Shown here piece after piece: positions 48,627 through 58,999 of a DNA stretch of 64,000 nt. The position numbers were made by a program, and so were the translations under genes. This DNA comes from Aquificaceae bacterium (GTDB taxonomy: Bacteria > Aquificota > Aquificia > Aquificales > Aquificaceae): assembly GCA_041640635.1 (NCBI GenBank), contig JBEPZX010000001.1, forward strand, positions 64,001 to 128,000, given 5' to 3'. Below the pieces are notes generated by a model. It had not been told where the DNA came from. It searched no databases and saw only the letters and a list, made by a program, of their open reading frames with translations. Within the stretch, counting starts at the first letter, position 1. Each line of letters starts with the position of its first letter.

Positions 48627-49874
48627 CTAAAGCTTGAGTATGTAATCAGCTTTTTCTACCGCATCTTTTACGAGATTTAATATTTCATCCTTTTCTATTT
48701 GTGTTTGCTTTTCTAAACTATCAAGAAGGGGATCTGAGTAAGGATTACTAGATGATAGTATGGCATTAGATGCTTCCTCAATCAAAACTGCTTTATTGAG
48801 TATTGAATTTAAAACTTGATTTTTACCTGTAAAACCATCTATTATATCTTGCGATACATTTACCTCTTTTAAAAAGACAATCTTATCTTCCCCTACTATT
48901 TGATCTATCAAAGAAAACAGCCCCATCATGTAAGCTTTAGATGAAATGTCCTTTGCATGTGAATTTGCTATCCTTTCAGCTATTATAGCCCTTACTAAAG
49001 ATTTTTTCCATAAATTGGGATCTTCTATGGTTAGGTAATCGTTTATAGAAAATACCATTAAAAAGTTCCTTAGGTTTCTGAGACCTAGCATAGCGCATGC
49101 TTGCTCTATGTTTGTTATCTCTTTAACTAAAGAGAAATACGCAGAATTGACCAATTTTAAAATTTTAGCACTCATTCCTACATCTGTGGATATCACTTTT
49201 GCTATTTCCTTTGTGCTTTCCGCAGTGTGAATTATGGCTAATAGTCTTAGTAACGTGCTCTTTAAATACTGTGTTATATGTATCTCTTTCTGGATTAGCG
49301 GAGGCCCCAGGAAATTTCCTTCAAAAAACATGCCTACTTCTAAGGCTTTATTGTATTCCTTTTCTGTTTCAATTTGCGTTATTATTAAAGCTTTATTATC
49401 AGCTTTTGATTTTAGTTCTAGTTCCTTACTTAGTTTATGGATGCTGGTAGTAATAAAGTGTGCTTTTTTATACATTTCTTGATAGAAGCTGTCTTGTATC
49501 AAATCTTCTGATATAGAAAACCTGGTTCCACTATTCGTCATATTGTCCATGACCTTTAAAATATTTTGATAAACTATCTGACCTATACTTATCTGAGGAT
49601 GAATGATTTCTATAATTAACTTGCTAGGTTCTAGCAAATTTAGAGCTTTGTTCATGAGAGAATCTACAGATACATTCAATATGATCTTTTTCCCTTCCCC
49701 CACTCTTTCTAGACCATATTCGGAAATTATTTCCAGTATTATAAAAGTAGCTCTGTTGTATGGAACTTCCTTTGGATACTCTTTCATACTACTCTTTTTT
49801 CTTAAATAAACTTCAAAGGCTACTAAATTCCCCTTTTTGTCAAATACTGGTTGTTTGGCTATAACAAAACTCAT
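48627..49874 (-). CDS. Degenerate-EAL + HDOD domain signalling protein (CdgJ/YuxH-like)
   Basis: AKQPVFD..FEVYLR; D...SAKILKLVNSA, I..I.QA..LG, GLFSL.D. Confidence 0.85.
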   Translation of the reverse strand: MSFVIAKQPVFDKKGNLVAFEVYLRKKSSMKEYPKEVPYNRATFIILEIISEYGLERVGEGKKIILNVSVDSLMNKALNLLEPSKLIIEIIHPQISIGQIVYQNILKVMDNMTNSGTRFSISEDLIQDSFYQEMYKKAHFITTSIHKLSKELELKSKADNKALIITQIETEKEYNKALEVGMFFEGNFLGPPLIQKEIHITQYLKSTLLRLLAIIHTAESTKEIAKVISTDVGMSAKILKLVNSAYFSLVKEITNIEQACAMLGLRNLRNFLMVFSINDYLTIEDPNLWKKSLVRAIIAERIANSHAKDISSKAYMMGLFSLIDQIVGEDKIVFLKEVNVSQDIIDGFTGKNQVLNSILNKAVLIEEASNAILSSSNPYSDPLLDSLEKQTQIEKDEILNLVKDAVEKADYILKL

Positions 49875-49881
49875 GTCCCCC

Positions 49882-51162
49882 CTATTTATGAAGCTTTATT
49901 ATATCATCTACTACTTCTTCTCTTAATTCAGGATACAAGGGAAATTGCTCGCATATTTGTGCCACTTCCTGTTTTACTTCTTCTATTAAATTCTCATTAT
50001 CTATGTTTTTTATAACTTTGGCAATAAGTTTCGCTGTGATTCTGCTTTCATATTCCTTCATACCTCTCGTGGTTATGGCGGGTGTTCCTATCCTTATTCC
50101 GCTGGTCTTGGTGGGTGGTAGCGGATCAAAGGGCACGGCGTTTTTGTTGACTGTTATATTGGCTCTTCCAAGAGCTTCCTCTACTTGCTTACCTGTGAGT
50201 CCCTTGTCCCTGAGGTCCACCAAAACTATGTGACTGTCCGTCCCACCTGTTACTATCTTGAAACCTTCCCTTGAAAGCTCATCAGCCATGGCTTGTGCGT
50301 TCAGTACCACCTGTTTGGCATACTCCTTAAATGCGTCGGTCATGGCTTCTTTGAAAGCAACGGCTTTTGCCGCTATGACGTGCATCAAGGGTCCCCCTTG
50401 TATTCCTGGAAATACCGCCTTGTCTATGTCCTTGGCAAACTCAGCTTTGCAGAGTATAAAGCCGCTTCTTGGTCCCCTTAGTGTCTTGTGGGTTGTAGAG
50501 GTCACAAAGTGAGCGTAAGGCACGGGATTAGGATACACGCCACCTGCGATGAGTCCAGAGTAGTGCGCCATATCTACCATAAATAAGGCGCCTACCTCAT
50601 CCGCTATCTCTCTCATCTTTGCCCAGTCTATAACTCTTGGGTATGCAGAAGCTCCACCCACTATGAGTTTGGGTTTGTGCTCCTTTGCCAACTTGTACAT
50701 CTGGTTGTAGTCTATCCTTTCTGTTTCTGGATTTAAACCGTAATACACAGCGTTGTATACTTTGCCTGAGAAGTTCACCTTTGCTCCGTGGGTTAAGTGT
50801 CCACCGTGGGCAAGATCCATTCCCATTATGGTATCACCTGGTTTTAGGACAGCCATGTACACAGCCATATTGGCTTGGCTTCCAGAGTGTGGTTGCACGT
50901 TGGCATGCTCTGCACCATAAATAGCCTTTACCCTCTGAATTGCTAAATCTTCCGCTATGTCTACAAACTCACATCCGCCGTAATACCTTTTATGTGGTAG
51001 TCCTTCGGCGTATTTGTTGGTAAGGACTGATCCTTGAGCTTCCATAACGGCAAGGGATGTAAAGTTCTCAGAAGCTATAAGCTCAAGATGATAAAACTGC
51101 CTCTGGTACTCTCTAACTATTACTTCGTAAATTTCTCTGTCTACTTCTTTAATGTGTCTCAT
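49882..51162 (-). CDS. glyA: Serine hydroxymethyltransferase
   Basis: [30 protein letters not shown]; start moved to ATG 51162. Confidence 0.98.
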   Translation of the reverse strand: MRHIKEVDREIYEVIVREYQRQFYHLELIASENFTSLAVMEAQGSVLTNKYAEGLPHKRYYGGCEFVDIAEDLAIQRVKAIYGAEHANVQPHSGSQANMAVYMAVLKPGDTIMGMDLAHGGHLTHGAKVNFSGKVYNAVYYGLNPETERIDYNQMYKLAKEHKPKLIVGGASAYPRVIDWAKMREIADEVGALFMVDMAHYSGLIAGGVYPNPVPYAHFVTSTTHKTLRGPRSGFILCKAEFAKDIDKAVFPGIQGGPLMHVIAAKAVAFKEAMTDAFKEYAKQVVLNAQAMADELSREGFKIVTGGTDSHIVLVDLRDKGLTGKQVEEALGRANITVNKNAVPFDPLPPTKTSGIRIGTPAITTRGMKEYESRITAKLIAKVIKNIDNENLIEEVKQEVAQICEQFPLYPELREEVVDDIIKLHK

Positions 51163-51170
51163 TTCTAACA

Positions 51171-51234
51171 ATTATAATGCCTAAAACTTCATGTGACAAT
51201 TTGTGTTGCATATATGACATATTTGACATATAAT
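51171..51234. promoter_or_regulatory. Divergent sigma70 promoters for glyA and moaE, both leaderless-type
   Basis: Minus strand TTGTCA (51199-51194), 17 nt, TATAAT (51176-51171), 8 nt, ATG; plus strand TTGCAT (51206-51211), 17 nt, TATAAT (51229-51234), 7 nt, ATG. Confidence 0.8.
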
Positions 51235-51241
51235 TTGATTT

Positions 51242-51664
51242 ATGGTTCCTAAGTTATATCTCGGAGTGGAGTGGATAGGTTTGGAGAGGGTATTGCCTGA
51301 TTATCAAGTGCCACCTGAGTGTGGTGCCAGTGTTAGCTTTTTGGGCATAGCGCGTAGCGCTCCGGAGGACGGAGACGTTAAGGAACTCCATTACGAAGCT
51401 TTTCCCGAAATGGCGCTAAAGGTTATGCAGGAGATAAGACAGGAGGCTATACAGACGTTCAACGTCAAAGAAATATATATACACCACCGATTGGGAGTGG
51501 TCAAGGTAGGTGAACCTTCCTTTTTGGTGGTGGTCTTTGGTGGACACAGGGAAGAGACTTTCAAAGCCTGTAGATACGTTGTAGATGAGGTAAAAAAGAG
51601 AGTTCCTATTTGGAAAAAAGAGGTCTTCTCCGATGGAAAGGGAGAGTGGGTCCTTGGTGGATAA
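51242..51664 (+). CDS. moaE: Molybdopterin synthase catalytic subunit
   Basis: GA...F.G..R, L.YEA, HR.G, HR...F, K..VPIWKKE. Confidence 0.95.
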   Translation: MVPKLYLGVEWIGLERVLPDYQVPPECGASVSFLGIARSAPEDGDVKELHYEAFPEMALKVMQEIRQEAIQTFNVKEIYIHHRLGVVKVGEPSFLVVVFGGHREETFKACRYVVDEVKKRVPIWKKEVFSDGKGEWVLGG

Positions 51665-52643
51665 ACTCTACAGACCCTTAAAAGATCTGAGAATTTCGGT
51701 AACGGATAGGTGTAACTTTAGGTGTAACTTCTGTATGCCTGCGGGAGAACCTGTTGAGTTCTACCCAAGAAATGAGATACTGAGCTTTGAGGAAATTCTG
51801 AAAGTAGTGAAAGCTTGTATGGAGCTGGGAGTAAAAAAGGTAAAAATAACAGGCGGTGAGCCTCTGCTCAGAAGGGACGTGCATAAACTCATAGGAATGA
51901 TAAAAAACATAGGTATGGACAATATTACACTCACAACAAACGGGTTTTTACTCAGAGAAAGGACTCATAAGCTAAAAGAATCGGGACTGAAGAGGGTTAC
52001 CGTAAGCGTGCATTCTTTAAGGGATGACGTTTTTTCAAAGATTGTTGGCAAAAGGGTTTACGTGAAAGATATTTTAGCGGGAATAGATGCTGCCATTGAT
52101 GTAGGATTAACACCTGTAAAGGTAAACGTGTGTGTAATTAAGGGTGTGAACGACTTGGAAATACTGGATATAGCTAAGTTTTTTAAAGAAAAGGGCTGTG
52201 TTGTGAGGTTTATAGAGTTTATGGATGTGGGCACGCTTAATGGCTGGTCCTTGGACAGAGTGGTAAGTTACGATGATATTTTGAGTATACTTTCTAAAAG
52301 CTTCAAGTTTAAACCTCTGGGGAAGGACTATACGGAAACTTCTTTTAAGTTCACCTATGAGGATGATGGATTGGAGTTTCACGTAATACCTTCTGTGACA
52401 AGACCTTTTTGCACTGACTGTAGCAGGCTCAGACTCACAGCGGATGGTCACCTTTACACATGCCTCTTTGCAAGCTATGGATGGAACGTAAAGGAGCTAA
52501 TAAGAAAAAGAGCAAGCACAGAAGATATAAAAAACTTCATAATCAACGTATGGGCACAGAGACAAGACAAATACTCTCAGGAGAGATTGGAAAAACTAGA
52601 CTTAAAGAGTAAAAAAGTGGAGATGTTTAAGCTTGGTGGTTAA
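51633..52643 (+). CDS. moaA: GTP 3',8-cyclase (start may be about 51654-51657)
   Basis: [37 protein letters not shown]-terminal GG. Confidence 0.96.
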   Translation: MERESGSLVDKLYRPLKDLRISVTDRCNFRCNFCMPAGEPVEFYPRNEILSFEEILKVVKACMELGVKKVKITGGEPLLRRDVHKLIGMIKNIGMDNITLTTNGFLLRERTHKLKESGLKRVTVSVHSLRDDVFSKIVGKRVYVKDILAGIDAAIDVGLTPVKVNVCVIKGVNDLEILDIAKFFKEKGCVVRFIEFMDVGTLNGWSLDRVVSYDDILSILSKSFKFKPLGKDYTETSFKFTYEDDGLEFHVIPSVTRPFCTDCSRLRLTADGHLYTCLFASYGWNVKELIRKRASTEDIKNFIINVWAQRQDKYSQERLEKLDLKSKKVEMFKLGG

Positions 52644-52679
52644 GTTAATTTGTAGAAATCCTATACAGGAGGTGTGGAC

Positions 52680-53519
52680 ATGTTAAAGCTACTTGCCTTT
52701 TTACTTTTTGGCTTCTTATCTTTGCAAGCTTTTGCGGAGCAACGTCTTTTAATCTTTGCCGGTGCTGCCAGTAAGCCACCTCTGGAAGAAGCTGCTAAAC
52801 TTTTCGAAAAGAAAACAGGTGTCAAAGTGGACATAACCTTTGGTGGCTCAGGTTACGTTCTATCCCAGATGATCCTAAGCAAAAAGGGAGACCTATACTT
52901 TCCAGGTTCATCAGACTATATGGAAGTAGCCAAAAGGCAAGGAGTAGTATATCCAGAAACAGAAAGGTATGTGGTGTATCTTGCACCAACAATCAACGTG
53001 CAAAAGGGAAACCCAAAGAACATAAAAACGCTAAAAGACCTTACAAGACCTGGTATAAGAGTCGCCATCGCCAATCCTGAAGGTGTGTGTGTTGGAGCTT
53101 ACGCTGTGGAGATAATCGAAAGGCACTTTACACCGGAAGAAAAGGAGCGCTTCAGAAAGAATTTAGTCAACTACACCGAAAGCTGCGAAAAAACGGCAAC
53201 GGTGGTATCCCTAAAAGCGGTAGATGCTGTCATAGGGTGGCATGTATTCGAGTCCTGGGATCCGCAAAACATAGAGAACGTCCCATTGAAAAAATCGGAA
53301 ATCATTCGTGTGGGTTACATACCCATAGCTGTGTCTAAGTTCACAACCAACAGAGAACTGGCGCAAAGGTTTATAAACTTTTTGCTATCTAAGGAAGGTC
53401 AAGACATTTTCAAAAAGTATCAGTACTTTGCAACTCCAGAGGAAGCTTTTGCTTGGATAGGTGAGAAAAAACCAGTAGGTGGTGAGTATGTAGTGCCAGC
53501 GGACTGGATTAAGAGATGA
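52680..53519 (+). CDS. modA: Molybdate ABC transporter substrate-binding protein
   Basis: Signal peptide, AGAAS, FGGSG..L.Q, V.KGNP; SD AGGAGG; follows moaA. Confidence 0.88.
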   Translation: MLKLLAFLLFGFLSLQAFAEQRLLIFAGAASKPPLEEAAKLFEKKTGVKVDITFGGSGYVLSQMILSKKGDLYFPGSSDYMEVAKRQGVVYPETERYVVYLAPTINVQKGNPKNIKTLKDLTRPGIRVAIANPEGVCVGAYAVEIIERHFTPEEKERFRKNLVNYTESCEKTATVVSLKAVDAVIGWHVFESWDPQNIENVPLKKSEIIRVGYIPIAVSKFTTNRELAQRFINFLLSKEGQDIFKKYQYFATPEEAFAWIGEKKPVGGEYVVPADWIKR

Positions 53520-54295
53520 GCTTTAAAGCTCTTTGTATAGCTTTTGCTTTTTCCATTTTTTTGTTCTATGTGGGACTGACTTTGTCCCTTTTTTACTTTT
53601 TCGAAGGTGAGACATTTCTTGAAACCCTTCTTTCAGAGAGAACCTTGTTTTCCATAAAGATAAGTCTTTTGGCGGCTACTGTTGCCACCATCACCTCTGT
53701 TATCCTTGCCTTACCTGCCGCTTACGCTCTTTCGAGGTTTGAGTTTAAAGGTAAATACATTGTGGATACTATACTGGAACTTCCCATGGTTGTTTCTCCA
53801 TCCGCTATAGGTGCCATGCTTCTCATATTTTTCAGTAACCCTTTGGGGTCTTGGATTCAGGAAAATTACATCCAGGTAGTTTTTACCTTTTACGGTATAA
53901 TCGTTGCACAATTTGTAACTACATTGGGTATTGCTACTAGGTTGATCAAAGCATCCATGGACGAAATACCCACAAGGTTTGAAAGCGTGGCTCAGTCCTT
54001 GGGAGTTTCACCTTTTAAGGTTTTTTTGACTGTCACTTTACCCCTTTCCAAAAAGGGGATAGTAGCTGCATCCATACTCACGTGGGCAAAGGCTATAGGA
54101 GAGTTTGGAGCCACTATCACTTTGGCTGGTTCTATGGCAATGAAGACAGAAACGCTCCCTATAGCCATCTTTATGAGGCTAGCAACGGCGGATATAGAAG
54201 GCACAGTGGCGCTTATTTTGATCCTAATATCCGTGGGACTTTTTACCTTATACGGTGTTAGATTACTAACAAAGAAAGACTACACCTATGATTGA
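53516..54295 (+). CDS. modB: Molybdate ABC transporter permease
   Basis: LPMVVSP, A.SLG EAA-like loop, AIGEFGAT, TLPIAI. Confidence 0.9.
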   Translation: MSFKALCIAFAFSIFLFYVGLTLSLFYFFEGETFLETLLSERTLFSIKISLLAATVATITSVILALPAAYALSRFEFKGKYIVDTILELPMVVSPSAIGAMLLIFFSNPLGSWIQENYIQVVFTFYGIIVAQFVTTLGIATRLIKASMDEIPTRFESVAQSLGVSPFKVFLTVTLPLSKKGIVAASILTWAKAIGEFGATITLAGSMAMKTETLPIAIFMRLATADIEGTVALILILISVGLFTLYGVRLLTKKDYTYD

Positions 54296-55376
54296 ACTAA
54301 GGGAGATCACCGTAGAAGTCAGAGGTCAACCTTTGATAAAGGACGTGTCTCTGGACATTCAAACACCATCCTTTCACTGCCTGATTGGACCTACCGGATG
54401 CGGAAAAACTACACTGTTGGAAACAATTGTGGGACTAAGAAAAGTAAAAAAAGGAAAGATACTTTTGGATGGAAAAGATATAACTCACTTGCCCACATAC
54501 CTTAGAGGCTTTGCCTATGTGCCCCAAGACGCTGCCCTTTTCCCACATCTCACCGTAGAAGAAAACATCATGTATGGTATAAGGCACGGATCTGTTTCTG
54601 ACAAGCAAAGCCGATACAAAGTTGCTATGGAAATTGTAGAGATCTTGGGTATTTCTCACTTGCTCAAAAGAAAAGCCGTAAACCTTAGCGGAGGTGAACG
54701 TCAAAGGGTAGCATTAGCCCGTGCTTTGGCTCCAGGTTATAAATACATACTCTTAGATGAACCGCTATCCGCACTACATAAAGGAATGAAAAAAGAGCTT
54801 TGGTTTTTACTTAAGGATTTACAAAAAAGGTATAACCTTACCTTTTTGATGGTTAGCCATGACTTGGAGGAAGCTTTCTTTTTGGCGGATACCATCAGCG
54901 TTATGATAGATGGCAGGATACACCAAACGGGTACTAAGGAAAGCATATACAGCAAGCCTAAGACAGAAGAAGTGGCACGCTTTTTGGGTATTAAAAACAT
55001 CTTCAGCGCACAAATAACAAAGGTGGATAGCAATCGGGTTTCTGTTTACTGTCCTGAACTTTCCCAAACTTTTACCTTGCCTTGTGAAAAAAGCCTTTTG
55101 AATAACACTTTTGTGAAAATAGGGATACATCCCGAAAGTGTAAAAGTAGAAAAGGATACTGTTCAAGAAAACGGAAAAAAGCTGAGTGGAAAAGTAGAAA
55201 GGATTTTTGAGAAGGCGTCTTCTTACTTGGTTGTTTTTAGACCTTACAATTCAAGGGTAACAATGGAGGTGGAAATTCCCAGTATGGAGTATAAGGAGCT
55301 TGGTATTGGCGAGGGTTCCCATGTATCTTTAGTCTTAAAGGAAAGTTCCATTTTCCTGCTTGATGGTTCGCAATAA
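54288..55376 (+). CDS. modC: Molybdate ABC transporter ATPase with C-terminal TOBE-like domain
   Basis: GPTGCGKT, LSGGERQRVALARAL, LLDEP, SHD. Confidence 0.88.
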   Translation: MIELREITVEVRGQPLIKDVSLDIQTPSFHCLIGPTGCGKTTLLETIVGLRKVKKGKILLDGKDITHLPTYLRGFAYVPQDAALFPHLTVEENIMYGIRHGSVSDKQSRYKVAMEIVEILGISHLLKRKAVNLSGGERQRVALARALAPGYKYILLDEPLSALHKGMKKELWFLLKDLQKRYNLTFLMVSHDLEEAFFLADTISVMIDGRIHQTGTKESIYSKPKTEEVARFLGIKNIFSAQITKVDSNRVSVYCPELSQTFTLPCEKSLLNNTFVKIGIHPESVKVEKDTVQENGKKLSGKVERIFEKASSYLVVFRPYNSRVTMEVEIPSMEYKELGIGEGSHVSLVLKESSIFLLDGSQ

Positions 55377-55385
55377 AATACACTT

Positions 55386-56318
55386 ATGAACCCTTACAGC
55401 CTAATTGTAAAGCTTAGAAACTTTTTATACGATAAAGAAATACTTAAAAGCTTTAAGCTTGATATTCCAGTTATAAGCGTGGGTAACCTGTCTGTAGGTG
55501 GAAGCGGTAAGTCCTCTCTGGTTACCTTTTTAGCAAAACACTTTCAAAACTTTTTGCATGTATGTGTTCTTTCAAGGGGATACAGAAGAAAGACAAAAGG
55601 AACTTTTTTGGTTTCTTACAAAGGTAATATCAAATGCTCTTGGCAAGAAAGCGGAGATGAGCCCTATATGATGGCTACTCTTTTGAAAAAATCCAGCGTG
55701 GTTGTAGATGAGGACAGATACAGGGGAGGCGTTTTCGCTTTTGAAAAACTCGGAGCGGATATCATTATACTGGATGATGGATTTCAACACAGAAGACTTA
55801 AAAGGGACGTGGATATCGTAGTTTTAAAGCAAAGAGACCTAAAGGATAAACTTTTACCTTTTGGGAGACTGAGGGAACCGCTTTCTTCTTTAAAACGTGC
55901 TCACTGCATTGTTTTGTCATATCAAGACGTTACGCAATGGGATATGCATTTGGGTAAACCTACATTTAAGATGTGGAGGGAAAATTGGAGAGTTTTAGAT
56001 GCTTTTGGAAATGAAGTAAACCCAAAAGGTATGAAGTTTGTGGCTTTTGCGGGACTTGGGGACAATGAACAGTTTTTCCAAACCCTTGAAAAACTCGGTA
56101 TAGAGCTAATTCAAAAAATAAGCCTTCCAGACCATTACGACTACCAAAACTTTACCCTTTCACCTGGAAAAAACTACATCACCACGCTTAAGGACTTTAT
56201 TAAACTTCCCCGTAAAGAAAATCTCTTTTACTTAGACTTCGATGTAAAGGTAGAAGGCTTGATGGATTTCATCGAAAGCAAACTAAGATACACAAGAAAC
56301 AATTTCAAGACTCTCTAA
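55386..56318 (+). CDS. lpxK: Tetraacyldisaccharide 4'-kinase
   Basis: VGNLSVGGSGKS, LSRGY, GDEP, LDDGFQH, LRE, PDHY. Confidence 0.96.
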   Translation: MNPYSLIVKLRNFLYDKEILKSFKLDIPVISVGNLSVGGSGKSSLVTFLAKHFQNFLHVCVLSRGYRRKTKGTFLVSYKGNIKCSWQESGDEPYMMATLLKKSSVVVDEDRYRGGVFAFEKLGADIIILDDGFQHRRLKRDVDIVVLKQRDLKDKLLPFGRLREPLSSLKRAHCIVLSYQDVTQWDMHLGKPTFKMWRENWRVLDAFGNEVNPKGMKFVAFAGLGDNEQFFQTLEKLGIELIQKISLPDHYDYQNFTLSPGKNYITTLKDFIKLPRKENLFYLDFDVKVEGLMDFIESKLRYTRNNFKTL

Positions 56319-57536
56319 ACGCACATTAACCACCTTCCCAGGTTTTTCGTCAATGGATAAGTTAAGCTGTATGTAGTTCTCCGTTAATACTTTATCTTCT
56401 GTTAACACGGTGGCTCTCAGCGTTTGATTTAGGTTCTTTTCGTAAAACTCTTCCCTTTTCCTTTTGTCTAGTTCTTTTAGTATATGAACACGTTGCTTTT
56501 TCACCTTTTCTGGAACCTTTGGATTTAGCTTGCTTGCTTTTGTGTTTGGTCTATCTGAGTATGGGAAAATGTGCAAGTAACCTAAAGGTAAGTCCTTTAT
56601 TAAGTTGTAAGTTTGTTCAAAGTCTTCTTGGCTTTCCGTAGGGAAGCCTACTATTACGTCTGTGCCTATATTGGCTAATGGTCTTTTGCTTAGTATTTTG
56701 TCAATTAAGGATACGTAATCCTTTACCGTGTATCTTCTATCCATCAATTTTAAAATCCTGTCTGAACCACTTTGTAGGGATAAATGGAAGTGGGGAGCTA
56801 TTTTTTCTTCAGATACAATAAGCTCCAAAAGGTTTGCATCTATTTCCGAAGGATAAAGGGATGAAAGCCTTATAAGTTTTAGCCCTTCTATCTTGACAAG
56901 CTCTTTAAGTAAGTTATAAAGACTTGTGTTTATATCCCATCCATACTGTGTAAGCTGTGTCCCGCTTAAAACGATTTCTTCAAACCCCAAGGAAGCTAAG
57001 GCTTTTGCTTCTTCCACAACTTTTTCCATAGGAACGCTTCTACACTTTCCCCTCGCGAAAGGAATAACACAGAAGGTGCAAAACTTATTGCAACCTTCCT
57101 GCACCTTTAGGAAAGGTCTCGATTTTTCAAAGTAAGTTACCAAATCAAATTCCACGTTTGGCATTCTGAATACTTCACCCACGTATACTTTACCCGTTTT
57201 TCTTTCCATGTATTCTTCGAGTATCTGGATTATTTGGTGTTTGTGAGTGTTCCCTATCACCAAATCTGCCGTATGGGCTAGTTGGTTGGGATTTGTTTGT
57301 GCATAACAGCCTGTGGCTACAACGATGGCGTTTTTATTTCTTCTTTTTGCTTGGTATATGGCTTGTCGTGAAGACCTATCAGCTCCATGGGTAACTGTGC
57401 AGGTGTTTATTATATAAACATCTGCCACATCTTCAAACTCTACCAACTTGTAACCTTTTTCCATAAACTTTTGCGCCATCAATTGGGTATCAAAGACGTT
57501 GCTCCTGCAACCTAAGGTAAAAAAGGACACTTTCAT
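56283..57536 (-). CDS. mtaB: tRNA t6A37 methylthiotransferase
   Basis: TLGCRSN, INTCTVT..AD..SR, GCYAQ, QEGCNKFCTFCVIP, FPYS.RP.T. Confidence 0.93.
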   Translation of the reverse strand: MKVSFFTLGCRSNVFDTQLMAQKFMEKGYKLVEFEDVADVYIINTCTVTHGADRSSRQAIYQAKRRNKNAIVVATGCYAQTNPNQLAHTADLVIGNTHKHQIIQILEEYMERKTGKVYVGEVFRMPNVEFDLVTYFEKSRPFLKVQEGCNKFCTFCVIPFARGKCRSVPMEKVVEEAKALASLGFEEIVLSGTQLTQYGWDINTSLYNLLKELVKIEGLKLIRLSSLYPSEIDANLLELIVSEEKIAPHFHLSLQSGSDRILKLMDRRYTVKDYVSLIDKILSKRPLANIGTDVIVGFPTESQEDFEQTYNLIKDLPLGYLHIFPYSDRPNTKASKLNPKVPEKVKKQRVHILKELDKRKREEFYEKNLNQTLRATVLTEDKVLTENYIQLNLSIDEKPGKVVNVRLESLEIVSCVS

Positions 57537-57561
57537 GGAATTACAAAATATAATTAAAAGT

Positions 57562-58392
57562 ATGGAATTTGCAAAGCTTCAAGGCTCGGGCAACGATTTT
57601 ATAGTTATAGACAACAGGGATGCAAAGGTGGAAAGGTTCTTGGAAAAAAAAGGTATTAGCATTAAGGATTTTGTAGTGAAGCTCTGCGCTTTTCATACAG
57701 GTATAGGAGCCGATGGATTGATTCTTATAGAGAATCCAGAAAATACCGAAAATCATTTTAAGTGGCGTTTCTTTAATTCGGACGGCTCGGTTGCCGAAAT
57801 GTGTGGCAATGGCTCTCGGTGTGCTGTAAGGTTTGCTTACCAAATGGGTATATGTCCAGAGGAAGCAAGGTTTGAAACATTGGCTGGGGTTATTAAGGCT
57901 ACCGTAAAGGAAGGAGGGAAGCGTGTAAAGGTTAAGCTCACTAAACCTCATGGACAAAGAGAGTTGAGTTTAGAAGTAGACGGTAATGTATTTAATGGGT
58001 TCTTTTTAAACACAGGTGTTCCACACTTTGTGAGTGTAGTTGAAGATTTGGAAAGCTTAGATGTGGTTAAGTACGGAAGAGCTATAAGATTTCACAAGGC
58101 TTTTGAACCTAAAGGTAGTAACGTAAACTTTATAAAAGTTGAGGACGAAAAATCTGTAAAAATTAGGACTTACGAGAGGGGAGTAGAGAGCGAAACATTG
58201 GCTTGTGGAACTGGAGCCACAGCATCCGCTATAGTTGCTTTCTTAGCTGGACTTGTAAAACAAAAACCTGTGCAAGTTAAAACAAAAGGTGGAGAGGTGT
58301 TAAGTATAGACTTTGATGAGAGCTTAGAAGAGGTTTACTTGGAAGGTGATGTGTATTGGGTTTTTGATGGATACTTGAGAGAAATTGTATGA
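57562..58392 (+). CDS. dapF: Diaminopimelate epimerase
   Basis: K.QGSGNDF, GADG, EMCGNG.RC, GVPH, ERG...TLACGTG; start moved to ATG 57562. Confidence 0.97.
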   Translation: MEFAKLQGSGNDFIVIDNRDAKVERFLEKKGISIKDFVVKLCAFHTGIGADGLILIENPENTENHFKWRFFNSDGSVAEMCGNGSRCAVRFAYQMGICPEEARFETLAGVIKATVKEGGKRVKVKLTKPHGQRELSLEVDGNVFNGFFLNTGVPHFVSVVEDLESLDVVKYGRAIRFHKAFEPKGSNVNFIKVEDEKSVKIRTYERGVESETLACGTGATASAIVAFLAGLVKQKPVQVKTKGGEVLSIDFDESLEEVYLEGDVYWVFDGYLREIV

Positions 58393-58793
58393 GAATTTTG
58401 TTTTTGTGTACTGGAAACTCTGCAAGAAGTCAGATGGCTGAGGCTTTGACAAAGCAGATGGCTAAAGAGCGTCAACTTGAACTTGAAGTTTGGTCCGCCG
58501 GTTCTAAACCAGCGGGTTACGTGCACCCTTTAGCTATACAGGCGATGAAAGAGCTGGGAATAGACATATCCCATTACAGATCCAAAGGTTTGGACCAAGT
58601 GTCTCAGGATGTGGACTTGGTAATTACCTTATGTGATTCGGCAGCCCAAGAGTGTCCCTACATACCAGGTGCAAAAACAGTTCACATAGGCTTTCCAGAT
58701 CCTGCTGAAGAAAACACCCTTGAAGCCTTCAGAAAAGTAAGGGACCAGATAAAGCAAACCCTTGAGAATTTGATGGATAGCCTTTTGAGATGA
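58389..58793 (+). CDS. arsC: Thioredoxin-dependent arsenate reductase (LMW-PTP fold)
   Basis: P-loop CTGNSAR, resolving pair TLC-x6-CP, DP motif. Confidence 0.88.
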   Translation: MRILFLCTGNSARSQMAEALTKQMAKERQLELEVWSAGSKPAGYVHPLAIQAMKELGIDISHYRSKGLDQVSQDVDLVITLCDSAAQECPYIPGAKTVHIGFPDPAEENTLEAFRKVRDQIKQTLENLMDSLLR

Positions 58794-58999
58794 AAGGTAA
58801 AGACTTTTTTGCTTTGAATGTAGGCTTAAATATTGTAGGAGGTGTGGTCGCTGGGATTTTGGTAGGTTTTGCCTTCGATCTTTGGCTTATGGAAGGTCTT
58901 TTTAGGATAAAAACCTTTCCCTTTGGTATGCTTTTCTTCTTTGTCATAGGTATAATCTCAGGCTTTAGAAACGCTTACAGGGACCTAAAGAAATTATGA
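58790..58999 (+). CDS. AtpZ/AtpI-family small membrane protein
   Basis: Two TM helices, G...D......PFG.......G...GF. Confidence 0.8.
   Translation: MKGKDFFALNVGLNIVGGVVAGILVGFAFDLWLMEGLFRIKTFPFGMLFFFVIGIISGFRNAYRDLKKL

Noticed and set aside
51191..51230. ModE-type operator upstream of moaE (TGACAT repeats, CATATATG palindrome)
   Set aside because: Does not match the ModE consensus spacing and is largely explained by two -35/-10 pairs; an unknown operator cannot be excluded
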